Positions 13,401-26,950 of a DNA stretch of 64,000 nt are shown piece by piece (position 1 is the first letter of the stretch; the number at the start of each line of letters is the position of its first letter). The notes below the pieces were generated by a model, which was not told where the DNA came from, did no database searches, and saw nothing but the letters and a program-made list of their open reading frames with translations. Made by a program: the position numbers and the translations under genes. Origin of the DNA: the human T2T-CHM13v2.0 reference genome, Homo sapiens; NCBI RefSeq assembly GCF_009914755.1, contig NC_060929.1; one strand, written 5' to 3'.

Positions 13401-13627
13401 AACTTATCTATTAGTTTAGTGCTAGATTTTGGTCAATTTATCTATCTAAAGACTGATTGAAGAACCCTTACATTCATAAATGATGAGAATGGGGAATTTG
13501 ATAGGAATTTTCAACTCCGTAAAGTTGTGAGATGGCCTGACTGATTTATTCATCACAAGGTGAAGAATTATTCTCTTTTCACTAACTTGAATTTATGTAA
13601 TGATGCCAATTGAGTAGTCAACAATGC

Positions 13628-15564
13628 TTTTGTTTACTGTACTTTAAGTTCTGGGATACATGTGCAGAACGTGCAGGTTTCTTTCAGAGGTATACATGTG
13701 CCATGGTGGTTTGCTGCACCCACCAACCCATCACCTACATTAGGTATTTATCCTAATGCTATCCCTCCCCTTAACTCCCACCCCCCGACAGGCCCCTGTG
13801 TGTGATGCTCCCCTCCCTGTGCCCATATGTTCTTATTGTTCAACTCCCATTTATGAGTGAGAACATACAAAGTTTGGTTTTCTGTTCCTGTGTGTTTGCT
13901 GAGAATGATGGTTTCCAACTTCATCCATGTCCCTGTAAAGGACATGAGCTCATTCTTTTTTACGGCTGCACAGTATTCCATGATGTATATGTGCCACATT
14001 TTCTTTATCCAGTCTAACATTGATGGACATTTGAGTTGGTTCCAAGCCTTTGCTACTGTGAATAGTACTACAATAAGCATACATGTGCATGTGTCTTTAT
14101 AGTAGAATGATTTATAATCCTTTGGGTATATACCCAGTAATGGGATTGCTGGGACAAATGGTGTTTCTAGTTCTGGATACTTAAGGAATTGCCACACTGT
14201 CTTCCACAATGTTTGAACTAATTTATGCTCCCACCAACGGTGTAAAAGCTTTCTTATTTCTTCACATCCTCTCCAGCATGCGTTGTTTCCTGACTTTTTA
14301 ATGATAGCCATTCTAACTGGCATGAGATGGTATCTAATTGCGGTTTTGATTTGAATTTCTCGAATGACCAGTGATAATCAGCTTTTTTCCACATGTTTGT
14401 CAGATGCATAAATGTCTGTCTTCTTTTGAAAAGTGTCTGTTCATATCCTTTGCCTACTTTTTAATGGGGTTGTTTGTTTTTTTCTTGTAGATTTGTTTAA
14501 GTTCCTTGTAGATTCTGGATATTAGCCCTTTGTCAGATGGATAGATTGCAAAAATTTTCTCCCATTCTGTAGGCTGCCTGTTCACTCTGATGGTAGTTTC
14601 TTTTGCTGTGCAGAAGCTCTTTAGTTTAATTAGATCCCATTTGTCAATTTTGGCTTTTGTTGCCATTGCTTTTGGTGTTTTAGTCATTAAGTATTTGCCC
14701 ATGTCTATGTCCTGAATGGTATTGCCTAGGTTTTCTTCTAGGGTTTTTATGGTTTTAGGTCTTAAATTTAAGTCTTTAATTCATCTTGAGTTAATTTTTG
14801 TAGAAGGTGTAAGGAAGGGGCTCCAGTTTCAGTTTTCAGCATATGGCTAGCCAGATTTCCCAACACCATTTATTAAATAGGGAATCCTTTCTCCATTGTT
14901 TGTGTCTGTCAGGTTTGTCAAAGATCAGTTGGTTGTAGATGTGTGGTATTATTTGAGGCCTCTGTTCTGTTCCATTCATCTATATATTTTTTTGGTATCA
15001 GTACCATGCTGTTTTGGTTACTGTAGCCTTGTAGTATACTTTGAAGTCAGATAGTGTGATGCCTCCAGCATTGTTCTTCTTGCTTAGGATTATCTTGGGT
15101 ATGTGGGCTCTTTTTTTGTACCATATAAAATTTAGAGTAGTTTTTTTCCAATTCTATGAGGAAAGTCAATTGTAGCTTGATAAGAATAGCATTAAGTCTA
15201 TAAATTACTTTGGGCAGTATGGCCATTTTCACTATATTGATTCTTCCTATCCATGCTCATGGAATATTTTTCCATTTGTTTGTGTCCTCTCTTATTTCCT
15301 CGAGGAGTGGTTTGTAGTTCTCCTTGAAGAGGTCCTCCACATTCCTTGTAAGTTTTATTCCTAGGTATTTTATTGTTTTGGTAGCAATTGTGAATGGGAG
15401 TTCACTGGTGATTTGGCTTTCTGTCTGTCTATTATTGGTGTATACGTATGCTTATGGGTTATGCTCATTGATTTTGTATCCTGAGACTTTGCTGAAATTG
15501 CTTCTCAGCTTAAGGAGATTTTGGACTGAGACGATGGGATTTTCTAAAAATACAATTATGTCAT
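13628..15564 (-). mobile_element. 5'-truncated L1PA (L1PA7/8-like): ORF2 3' part and 3'UTR
   Basis: ctttaagttctgggatacatgtgcagaacgtgcagg 3'UTR; ORFs 13748-14323, 14454-14702 and 15047-15232 are disrupted L1 ORF2 pieces. Confidence 0.95.
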
Positions 15565-15586
15565 TCAGCTTTTAAGATTCATCTGC

Positions 15587-16760
15587 TTTTAAGATTCATC
15601 ATTGGTAAGTAGTTGCAATTCAGTCCATCTCTGAATTACTACAAGGCTGTATAGTATTTCATTAAATGAATACATCATACTTTATTTATGTATTTTACTA
15701 TAGATGGAAATTGAGTTGTTTCAAGTTTGGGGCCATTATGAGTTGTAATACTATAAGAATTCTTGTTCGTATCTTTTGGTGAACATCCTGTGTATTTTTG
15801 TTGGATATATATGTAAAAAGGGATTTGCAACAAGTCCACATATGTTTATCTGTAATAGATGTTGCCAAATATTTTTTAAAGAGTTTATATCAATTTACAA
15901 TTCCATCAGCAGTTTATTGGAGTTCCAATAACTTCACATCATCAATAACACTTGTTTTCACTGATGATTTTCATTTTAAGCATTCTGGTATATAGTAGCA
16001 TGTTAATTGATGTTTTAATTTGCATTTTCCAGATGATTAATGATGTTGAACAATTTTAAATATGTTAATTGGTCATTTAGTTAGCCTCTTTTATGAGTAC
16101 ATGTTCAGCTCTTTTGCCCATGGTGTTTTCTATGTTCTTCTCTGGCCTTGTTCCTGTTGATTTTCAGAAGTTATTTATATCGTGTATTGAATATGAGTCC
16201 TCTGCCAAATATATATTTTAGATAAATCTTTCAACAGGGTGACTTGCTCTTTCAGTCTCTTAATGATGTCTTTTAATGAATTAATTATTAACTAAGAAAT
16301 TCTTAGTTTTATTTTGTCCAATTTATCAAATATTTCCTTTATGGTTAGCACTCTTTAAGTCTTATTTAATAAACATTTGTCTAACCCAAAGGTCATGAAG
16401 GTATTTTACCTTTCTTCTAAAAGCTTAGTTTAAAAAACTTTTATATTTAGTTAGGAATATATTTTTTAATATAGTTTAAGATCAAGATTGATTTATTTAA
16501 TGTCAATATTCAATCGAACCAGTAACATTTTTTGAAAATACTATCCTTTCCCTGCAATGTCACCTTTATTATAAACCAGGTGCCCAGTTTTGTGAATGTA
16601 TGTTTCTCAGTTCCAAATTTATTCCATTTGTCTATTTGTCTGACCTTACATCAATACCATACTGTCTTAATCACTATAACTTTACAAAAGATCGTGTTGT
16701 CTGGTGGTGTAAGGTATAGGAACAGAAGCTTTGTTATTCTTCTTCAAGATTTTCTCAGCT
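15587..16760 (-). mobile_element. Old L1M (L1MD/ME-like) fragment
   Basis: tagtatttcattaaatgaatacatcatactttatt, ttttaatttgcattttccagatgattaatgatgttgaac, taccatactgtcttaatcactataactt are antisense L1M ORF2/3'UTR motifs. Confidence 0.8.
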
Positions 16761-18699
16761 CTTCTTGACTTTTTATGAAGCAGAGATTTTCTTTAAATTT
16801 AATAACAGTAGAGTGCAGGGACTGATTAACTATCTTTATTTCCATGAAGGTGACACAGAGGTAATATCTGAGCCGGGACTTGAAGAATGAGTAGCATTTT
16901 GATAGGTGGAGGATGGGAAAAAAATGCACAATTGTGCTTTTGAAGCAGCTGAGGAGGCAGAGTGAACTTTCATCCATTTTCAAATAACATTTCCCAACAG
17001 ATTGGGCCCTGAAGGCCTCCTGTAATGTTACTCAAACTGAGGACCAGAATCCAGGTGATTATGTGCCAAATGCACATCCCATGAATATGAAAGAGAAAAA
17101 ATTCCCTCTGAATTCTCCTCCACTCTTCCTTAAATCAATAGCCATTAGACATTCAGATTCACAAACTACCTAAAACTGAACCAATCTAGAAAAGTATGGG
17201 TGAAATAGTAGCTACTTAGTGACTAGGAGAACACAAAATTTTATCTACTTTCATACTTTCCTTGGTTTGTTTAGAAATGAAGGAAGTGATCAATGAATGT
17301 GAAAGATAAAAACCCTGGATAGTTATGGTTTATTTCTACAGATTGGAAAAGAGTTTAGCAAACACATGTGAGACTGCAAAGGCACCAAATCTGAGATTTC
17401 AGATTATTTGTAGATGGGATGAAAATCAGAAGCATGTCTATTTAGAAAGAAACAAACTCAAAAACGTCTACTGGAAAATATACAATAATGATTACTAGGT
17501 CATGACTTATAATATTAACCAGCCTTCCTACATAGGTCCTGTAAAAAAGAGTCATTAGGTTTTGATTTGGACTCTGACTGAAGCATTAACTATCCTCTCA
17601 GATCATATGCCCAGGCCACGATTTTTATCATAACCCTTCTCCAAGACAGTTTCTAGGAGTTGGTAGTAAAAGAATCATTATATCATCTGCCAATCAATAG
17701 ACATTTTTATTGTCTACAATTCTTGGATTGAAGGGTCACTCAAATTCACATCAAATGCTATATAATTTAGAAAGCCTTAGACGGTCTATTAAGCCCTTTA
17801 GAAGGGAAAGTTCAAATGTATGCATAAGTTCGAAAGCTGAAGTTGTTTGGAATACCTACATTATTTGCAGAATGTATTCTAGTGTTTGTGAATAGAAGTT
17901 TTAATTTTGTTCACTAACCTAATCATAAGTTAGATGATCCATTTATCTAAACTCACTTACTTTAAATATACTATTGAATTATAGATTGGGGATAGTGATT
18001 TCATATACCATATAATTGAAAATTGGAACAAGCGTGTTATACTTTGTATGATCATTAAGAAAACAAAAAATTTTCCAAGCTAAATTATCTACAAGAAGCT
18101 TTTTTAGCTGGATAAATCACAGTTTAGGTGATAGGTGCACATGCACCAAGTGCAACAATAACATTTAGAGTTGAGATTAACATTTTTGAGCAAAGGGATA
18201 GAACCATTTTAAACTTATTGCACATTGAATCATATTTAGAATTTTAATTGTGTTTCATGGTAAAAATATTAATAAACATGCATGAAATAGATTTAAGTCT
18301 ATAAAAGGTGTTCATAAATAAGGAAAAGTTTCTCAGAGTGATTTGCCAAATCACAAAATCATGTATTTTAATGTTGTACTATAACTTTGCTGAAATGTTC
18401 TTTAAAAAGCCGATTGGTTATTGTGAATCAGTAATGATATCACAGATACTCTGTCCAAATAGAAGTTTAGCTTTTCATATTATAGATGTTTTACAGATAA
18501 AACCACATGCACACATACATATGCACACAGTACACTCTGCTAGAAATGAAATAAGTAGCTTTGCAGATATTCATACACTAAATAGCTTTCAAAAGGTACA
18601 CAGAATCCCTAGAAAACAAATAAATGATTTATATTTGCCTTGCCTAGGTAAGGCAGAAGTTTAAGACACAGGATTTTGGCTATTCTGTTGTCATGGATT

Positions 18700-18965
18700 C
18701 ATTTCATAAATCTTACAATAGGAATGGTGTTAAACATTGAGTATTTAGGAATGAATACAGTACAGTCTATACCTTCCAAAAGCTCTCAAGTGAAGAAGCA
18801 AGAAAGATACATAGAGACAAGTTCCTAGACCAAGTGTCAAGTAACAGAATGTAACCAAGTTGTGCAGCAACAGCAATAGCAACCCTAATTCAGTGTGGGA
18901 AGATCAGGGAACACTTCATAGAGATGTAATCTGAGCTATATCCTCAAGGATGAGTAGGATTTGCA
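18700..18965 (-). mobile_element. L2 3' fragment
   Basis: aaacattgagtattt...atcagggaacacttcatagagatgtaatctgagctatatcctcaaggatgagtagga. Confidence 0.6.
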
Positions 18966-18989
18966 AAATTAAAAAAAAAGGAAATAATT

Positions 18990-20265
18990 TCTGATTCATG
19001 ATGGAGGTTTGAGGATATGAGCTTGCTTCACGCTCCACCCCCTAATCTTATCAAAATGAAAATAAAATTATCTTTTTAATTAGCAAACCAGAACTTTTTA
19101 CACATTTCTGAGTAATGTATAAAGTTATTCCACTTCTACTTAGAAGTAACATAAAAATAAAGGGAACATTAGGGAACACACTCGGCAGAAGACTTCTCCC
19201 TAAATAAATTCTACCCTGGACTGACCTTGAAAATATCCAAATTTTAAGTTGGCAAATATGGAGCCAAAATTATTTGTTGGGCATCAGTGATGATGGTTAG
19301 TTAAAGAATTGTTTCAAGAAGGACTAGGTAAGGTGCTCTTCCTCTTTTGCTAGCAGGAAAATTATTGCATTTATTCTTACTGAAACATTATGTGTGTTGT
19401 GCCTGATGAGAGAGGCAGAGTATACCTATGATAACTCTTAGGTCCTCTAACCCAGAGCAGAGCTCTCTGTATTTTGAGCAAGTCTGTCTATTCTTTATCA
19501 TCAACAGTAACCATCCACTTCATAGATATCCACTGTAGCCTTCCTCTTTGGGAGAATGGCATTCTAAGTAAACAGATCTTCCACCTGCTACTTGTGCTAA
19601 CTAGCAAACCCTTCCTACCTTATTTTTTAAAACTTATAAAGAAAAAACAAATCAAAAGGAAAGTAGAAAATAAGAAAGGAAAAAGGACAATAAACTTACA
19701 ATTGCATCTGAGGACAAACCAATAAGTGAAAGAGATAAACCACTGACAGCAGAGGAAATAGATAAAATACAAAAAAAGGGTCATAACTTTAGAAATGTTT
19801 TAAACTGATAACCTCAAAGAGATAGGTAAGGATAGTGCATCCAAAAAAGAACAGGCTGCTGTGGGAAAGGAAGCAACCAGAGAAAAGGAAGAGTTTCTAG
19901 ACCTTTTAAGTGATCACCATAATTGTTTAACTGAATTATAGCTTGAGCATGGTTGGAGAATTGCTCAGAAAGTAAATCTAATTCTTGTCAAATGCCACTA
20001 AAATGATAGTGATGGGACTTTATTAGACATGAACTCTCAAAGACAATAAAAGAAGACAACAACAAAAAAACAATTTAGAAGTTGGAAAATGCCATGCATG
20101 GGCTGTGACAGATTTAAAAGATCCAATACCTAAGCAAGCAATAGGAGGGGACAGAAGCAGTCTTTCTGTATTCCAGAACCCCCAAGGCTCAGGAACTGTC
20201 AGCAATGTCAGGTTGAAGGTTAGGCTAAAAAATGAACATTGGGTGTAAATACATTTTAAAAGCAG
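18990..20265 (+). mobile_element. Ancient LINE 5'/ORF1 region (HAL1 or L1ME-like)
   Basis: ctcaaagagataggtaaggatagtgcatccaaaaaagaacaggctgctgtgggaaaggaa resembles HAL1/old L1 ORF1; strong A skew. Confidence 0.45.
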
Positions 20266-20266
20266 G

Positions 20267-20722
20267 TATCATAATTTGGATATTGGACCCTCCAAAACTG
20301 AGGTTAAAATTGGATTCTCAGTGTTGGAGTTGGGGCCTAAAGGGAGCTGTTTTGGGTCATAGGGGTATATCTCTCATGAATGGCTTAGTGCTATGCTCAC
20401 GGAAAAGAGTAAGTTCTCTCTGTTGGTTACCATGAAAATTGGCTGTTAGAAACAGCCTGGCACCTCCTTTCTCTCTCTGTCTCTCTATCTCATTCTCTAT
20501 GTGACGCATGCGTGCGCACACACACACACTCTTGTCATGTGATCTCTACACAATGGCTCCCCTTCTCCTTCCACCATTAGTAGAAGCAGCCTGAGGCTCT
20601 CCAGAGGCAGATATTGATACCATGCTTGCACAGCCTGCAGAAATAAGAGCCAAATAAACCTCTTTTCTTTATAAAGTACCAAGTCTCAGGTATTCCTTTA
20701 TAGCAACGCAAAAACTAAGATG
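20267..20722 (+). mobile_element. MST (MSTB-D-like) solo LTR with internal (CT)n/(CA)n
   Basis: atttggatattggaccctccaaaac...gagccaaataaacctcttttctttataaagtaccaagtctcaggtattcctttatagcaacgcaaaa. Confidence 0.88.
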
Positions 20723-21314
20723 GCCAGTAAATAATCTCAGATTTTTAACTCCATGCAGTTTAGCCTGTCCCTACCTCCCTCTTTTCTACTCTTCCTGCAA
20801 TACAAACTTTGGAAGTTTACATTCCAGAGTCAAGCACAGGAACTCAGGACTTGTGGTTCAGGGGCACCAGGCAGAGCTGAAGCCTCTGGTGCTTTACTGA
20901 AAACAAAATAATTAAGTGAAAGTCTACATACTAAACCATCTTCTTCCCTTAGCCCCAAAACAAAGGCATCCAGTTGCATATGTCTGCCAGTCAAATGCTG
21001 GTGTTGAGAAGGCAACCTTCAGCATAAGGGATATTCAGTTCTACCTCATCTGCCTTTGCTCTCAGGAACTAAGATTTTGTCTAAGTTTGAAATCTGAAAT
21101 TTTACTGTATCCTTGAAATTGTGAAGTTTTAGATTTGTATTCATTAGTCTTCATCCATATTGCAAATAACTAGATTTCTTCAGTCAAAAGACTCGTTTTT
21201 ATTTTCAGATCTGGAAAATTCTAAGCCACTATTCTTTTTCTAATAATGTTTCTTTACCGTTTTCTAAAATCTCTTCTGGAAATCCTGGTTATCTACTCAA
21301 TTCTCCCTGTTGCT

Positions 21315-24300
21315 TTTTTTTTTAACTTTTCCTGTTGATAAATTATAGATTTGCATGCTATTATAACAGAATAATACAGACAGGAGCCATGGAACATCTA
21401 CCAAGTAATTCCAACGGTAATATCATGCAAAACTATAGTACAATAACATAACCAGGATACTGACATTGATAGAGTCCAGATATAAAACTGTTCTATCATC
21501 AGAAAGACCCTTCCTGTTGCCTTTGTATAGCCACAATGATCTCCCTTCCCCCTACCTGAAACCACTCTTCTCCTTAACCCCTGGTAACCATTAATCTATT
21601 CTTCATTTCTGTTATTCTGTCATTTCAAGAATGTTTATAAACTGGATTTGCACAACATGTAATGTATTGGGACCGTCTTTTTTCACTCAGCAGAATTCCC
21701 AAGTTGTTGGATGTATAACAGTTCATTCCCTTTTATGCTGAGTAGTATTCCATGGTATGGATGTATCATCATTTGTTTAACTATTTACCAATTCAAGGCA
21801 GCTTAACGTTTTCCAGTTTTTGACTGTGAATGAAGTTGTGTACAGGTTTCTGTGACAATAAGGTTGACATGTATCTGGGATAAATCCTCAAAAGTGCAGT
21901 TGCTGAGCCAAATGTATGTTGCTTGTTCAGTTTTCTAAAAAATTGAAAAATAGTTCTGCAGAGTGGCTGTAACACTACTCACTTTCATAAGAAATGGAAA
22001 TGATCCACTTTCTCTTCATCCACACAATCATTTGATTATCACTATTTTTGGTTTTATTCAGTTTGATAGGTGTCAGTGATAGCTCACGTGGTTTTAATTT
22101 TCATTTTCCTCGTGTCTTATGATGGTGAATAGATCTTTTCATGTGCTTATTTGCCATCCATATATTCTCTTTGGTAAAGTGTCTATATATGTATTTTATT
22201 CATATTCTAATGGATTGTTTGTTTTACTGTTGAATTTTGAGAATTTTTAATGTATTTTTGGTGCTAATGATTTGCAAATATTTTCTTCTTGTCACCCTCA
22301 TACGTCTTTTGTAAAGAAAAATTCTCTAATTTGAATGAGATATATGTAAACTATCACCTTTTTCTTTTATAGACTGTGCTTTCATCAAGTAGCCCCAAGC
22401 TCTAGATCCTGAACATTTTCCCCTTTTTTTCCTTAAAAAGTTTGGTAGTTTTTTGTTCCACATATAAGTCCGTGCTCTATTTTGAGTTAATTTTTGTGCA
22501 AAGTGGGAAATTTAGGGTAAGGTTTATTATTTTGGTCTACGGATATTCAAATGTTCCAGTACCAATTGTAGAAAAAGCTTTTTTTTCTCGATTAATTTGT
22601 TTTGCTTTGTTTTTTTCATTTTACCTTTATCAAAAATCAGTTGGGCATATATGTATGAGTTTGGGTTCTCTCTTTTTTTTCCATTGATCTATGTGTCTAA
22701 CCATCTGCCAAAGCTAACACCATACTATATCATTTAATGTAGGATTATTTAATTAATTAATAATTAATTATTTAATGCTAAGATTTAAAGTAGGGTAGAG
22801 TGATTCCTCCCAATTTTTTCTTTGTCCAGCTATTATGGGACCTATGTCTTTCCATATAAATTTTAGAATAAATGTGTCTATGTCTACACAAAATATTCTT
22901 AGGATTTTTATAGGAATTGCATTAACCCTATAGATCAACTTGGGGACAATTGACATCTTTATTGTTTTAAGTCTTCCAATCCATAAAATAGTGTGTCTCC
23001 CAATTTATTTAAATCTTCTTTCATTTCTTTCAGAATCAACTTGTAATTTTCAACACAGAGATCCTATACATGTTTTATTGAGCTTATACATGAGGATATT
23101 TATTTTCCTTGAAGTTATTATAGATAGTACTGTTTTTATTTTTGGTTCCAACATATTCATTAAAGTATAAAGTATAAAGTAAAGTATATGATTTTGTATA
23201 TTTTGATCTTATTTTGTATATGTTGATTCTTATTTTCTGTGGCCTTGCTGAATATATGAGATCTAGAAGTTTTGGTTTTTAGCTTTCTTGGGATTTTCTT
23301 GTAGAATATCATGAAATATGCAAATACAATTTTATTTCTTCTGTTCCAATCTGTACGTTTTTCATTTTTCTTGCCTAATTACAATATCTGGAACTTCTAG
23401 TCCTATGTTGCGTAAGAGTGCTGAGAGTGGGTACCCTTGCCTGTTCCTGATTTTACAGGGAAAGCATTCAGCCTATTAAGTATGATGTTAAGCAGAGTGT
23501 GGTGGCTTGTGCCTGTAATTCCACCTACTTGGGAGGTTGAGGCAGGAGGATTGCTTGAGCCCAGGAATTCAAGGCTGATATGAGCTATTGTGTCACTGTG
23601 CTTAGGATTGGATGACAGAATGATACCCCATCTCTGGAAAAAAGAAAAATAAGTGTATGATGCTAAATTTAGATATTTTTGTAGATGTTCTTTTATCAGG
23701 TTAGCGTAGTTCTTTCTGTTGTGAACTTTCTAAGAGGTTTTACCATGAGCAGGTGTTAGATTTTGTGATTACTTTTTCTCTGTCAATTGACATGATCATA
23801 TTTAGCATGTTGATATGATAGAAAGTATTTGTTGATTTATGAATATTAAATTAGCTTACCTAGCTGGAATAAATCTCATTTGGTCATTGGGTATAATCAT
23901 ATTTATACATTGTGAAATTTAATTTTCTAATAAAGTGTTGAGAATTTTTGCATTTAACACTGAGATATATTGGAATAAGTATTAGATGGTTTTTATTTTC
24001 AAGAAATTGGTCCATTTCTTCTAAGTTGTTGAATTTATGAGGATAAAGTTCTTGCTAATATTCCCATTTTTCCTTATGGAAAGGAATCTGTAGTGATATC
24101 TTTTGTCTCATTCCTAATATTGATGATCTGTATTTTATCTCTTTTTCTTTCAGCCTTGCTAGTAGTTTATCAATTTTAGTGATTTTAGTGACTAACCAGC
24201 TTTTTTTTTTTATTGATTTTCTTTGTTATTTTCCTGTTTTAAAATTCATTGATTTCTATTATTATCTTTATTATTTTCAACGTCTTTGGTTCCATTGGCT

Positions 24301-24370
24301 CTACTTTTTATCATCTCTAGGTGGAAACTTGGTAAGTTTTTTCTTATTTTCTAATGTATTTTTATACATT
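21315..24370 (-). mobile_element. L1MC-like element: 3'UTR and ORF2 remnant
   Basis: caaaactatagtacaatacataaccaggatactgacattgata 3'UTR; ORFs 21793-21975 and 22768-22956 are decayed L1 ORF2. Confidence 0.85.
23491..23650 (+). mobile_element. FRAM/old Alu monomer inserted in L1MC
   Basis: gtggtggcttgtgcctgtaattccacctacttgggaggttgaggcaggaggattgcttgagcccagg with A tail; flanking gtatgatg(t/c)ta TSD. Confidence 0.85.
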
Positions 24371-24589
24371 TTTACGTGGTTAATTATGCAATACCTTTTC
24401 TAGTTACATATTCTTTATTCACCTGCATCCAATCTAGAGAGTCTCTTTCACTTGTTTATATTATTTAAAATGCTATATTTTTCATATTTAGGATTACATA
24501 TTGATTAATTTCAAATGCATATAAACTTATTTAATTTCTACTTGTTTGCGTTCATATTTTCTGTATATAATCTGCTCCGTCTTTAAGAG

Positions 24590-24935
24590 GGAATTTGTTG
24601 CAGGATGTGCAATGAGCTGAACCTCTCTGCCTGCAGGTATCTTTAGGATTTGGTGTTCTTCCTGGAAAGCTCATAACCAATGAATAGGCAACATGGGGCA
24701 TCTATTGTGTAACCATTTCTGATCATAACAGGACTCCTCTACAGGCAATTTTATGCTAGAATTTCCTATTAGGTTTGCTGAGACATAATACCAGCTATAC
24801 CTCAGTTTAAGACACTTTCTATACAGTCCTTCTTCCTGCCCCCTCCTCTTTCATAGACCTGTATCTGAAGGTTTGCACTGATTACTATTGCTTACTCTCT
24901 CCTTTATCTTACACAAGAATTACCCCTCAATAAGT
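24590..24935 (+). mobile_element. LTR16-like (ERVL) LTR fragment
   Basis: ggactcctctacaggcaattt...tccttcttcctgccccctcctctttcatagacctg...tctgaagg...cccctcaataa follows the recalled LTR16A/B layout. Confidence 0.55.
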
Positions 24936-24939
24936 GACT

Positions 24940-26613
24940 TATGAAAACAATACCCAGCTTCTCAAAAACAAATGCCTTATTTGCATGCTCTGAGAGATGA
25001 AGACCATAAAATATTTCCTAATCAGCCACATGCCAAACACTAGCCTAATAACAAGATCCTATTGTACATGTATGACACCATTTGGTTATTTATGGAAGAC
25101 TCTGGGAATTATGGAACATTTTACAATTTTTTAGCTTTTGCTATCATTGGATCTAGAAATTTTGATCCCCAAAGCATTTGAAAAGCTGCTAATGCTCTCC
25201 TCCGAATGGCCTCATTAAAAGTGGTGATTATTCAAGGATGTCAATGAGTAATCCATCTTCTCTAACTAACAGTTCCTGTTATCCCGGTTTCTGACAAGTG
25301 CCTCACAGGGGAGTTGCCAGTATTAACCAAGGAGGACTCAAACACCAAAACGTTTGAGAGGGATTGGTCAGAGACTTCAGCTGTGGCCTCTATCAAAATA
25401 TCTCTAGATGTACCTATTAGAATGTTTCATTTTATCATTCATTTCAGTCACTTCAAAATGGATTTCATTCAATTTTTCTGCATCTTCCTCTTCATTTCTC
25501 TTCCTCATAGTCATTTAGCCCAGACCTGGAGAGCAAAAGTATCTGGACCTCACTCTTTCTGTTTACTTTTCTCTGGTGATTAAGAGGTGAAGTGGCTAAT
25601 TCATACATCCCAGGAAATAAAACACCAGTGGCTATCAATACGCCCAAACAGATGTATACAGAACTACAGGCAAATCAGGGTATTTTCTTTGGAAAAAATC
25701 CAATTTCTACAGAAGTAGCCACTTCTTCTAGGACAGCACTGATTACAAAAAATGCTGCAAATTTCTCATGTGTGATCATGTACTGTGCAATCTAAGAAGC
25801 ACCACTGGAAAATGTAGTTTCCATCAGGGCCCCATACACTGGAATTACTATACAAAGACAAACCAGGCTCTTGCCAAAAAGCACAAGATATAAAGATGAA
25901 GGCAGGCTGCCAATCTTGCTTGACACAATCATGGTTCCAGGATGTAAAATGTAGCAAAAAACATTACCAGTCCCCTGAAGGACATAAAGGTCCCCCAGAA
26001 GATGGAGTTCAACCCAGTAGCCTCACTTTATTTCACAATAGCGTGAATGGCTGCACATGAGAAAATGTAGGAGCTATATGTTACCTCAGCTCCAACATAA
26101 GAAATGAAGAACAGAAAAAGGAGACAAAAAATGGCATTGTGATATTTAGTTCTTTGAGATGTCTGAGCAGATGCTTTTGCTTTTCCTCACCTTGAGCTTA
26201 TCTTTAAAAACAGAGCAAAAACAAAGATAGGACCTACAAAAATATAAGTACTGTTCAGAGCATAAGACCACAGTAAACGCATAACTTCAGGTCCTCCAAA
26301 CAGAGATTCTGAGTCAGCGTCAGTGCAGGATGGTGAAAGTCAGACTGCGTGGTTTTCACAGACACTCTCGTACCCAATGCCAGTTTAGCTAGCAGTGGAG
26401 CCAAAAAGGCACCCAAGGCAAAACAGAAGTGTAATATGCCTACATATGTGGAGATCCTATGTTCTTCAAACAGCCAAGATAGGGACATCACCACCTGTAT
26501 CCAGAATGCAAATTGAAGTACCAAAGATAGACATCATGACAATCAGTAATAGAGCTGTCTTGAAAAAATAAACAAGATAAAGACAAACTGTGGTAGCCAA
26601 CACTGACACTTTC

Positions 26614-26645
<32 letters not shown>

Positions 26646-26950
26646 TCATGATGTCAAAAAGAACTCCACCAATCACAGAGCCACTCAAAGGTAGGGCCCA
26701 CAAAAATTAAAGGAAGATGACTAATATTTTGGTTCAAACTTGTGGCAAAATATTGAAATGTGGGTCCCAGTAAAGCAACACTCATTCCCAGCCCTGGGAA
26801 GGCAGCCAACAGGATGACGGTGGTGAACCAGCACAGCATGATCTGGGCCTGGCTGCTCCATCAGGAGACTACCACCACCATTGCTAGTATCACCACTGCC
26901 TCTAGGCCCTGCAGCTGGGGATCTGGCCCTGCAGAGCTCCAGTTCCAACT
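24940..26950 (-). pseudogene. MFSD4B: Processed pseudogene of MFSD4B (NaGLT1/KIAA1919, MFS sodium-dependent glucose transporter); CDS-like part ~26950-25262, probable 3'UTR remnant beyond
   Basis: Collinear intronless fragments GLGMSVALLGPTFQ...NQNISHLPLIFVG, LSGSVIGGVLFD, LHFCFALGAFLAPLLAKLALG, FFISYVGAEVTY, acidic tail and ...HLSETGITGTVS* match MFSD4B as I recall it. Many frameshifts and stops. The symbol is the parent gene; the HGNC pseudogene name and the 3'UTR boundary are not verified. Confidence 0.92.
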
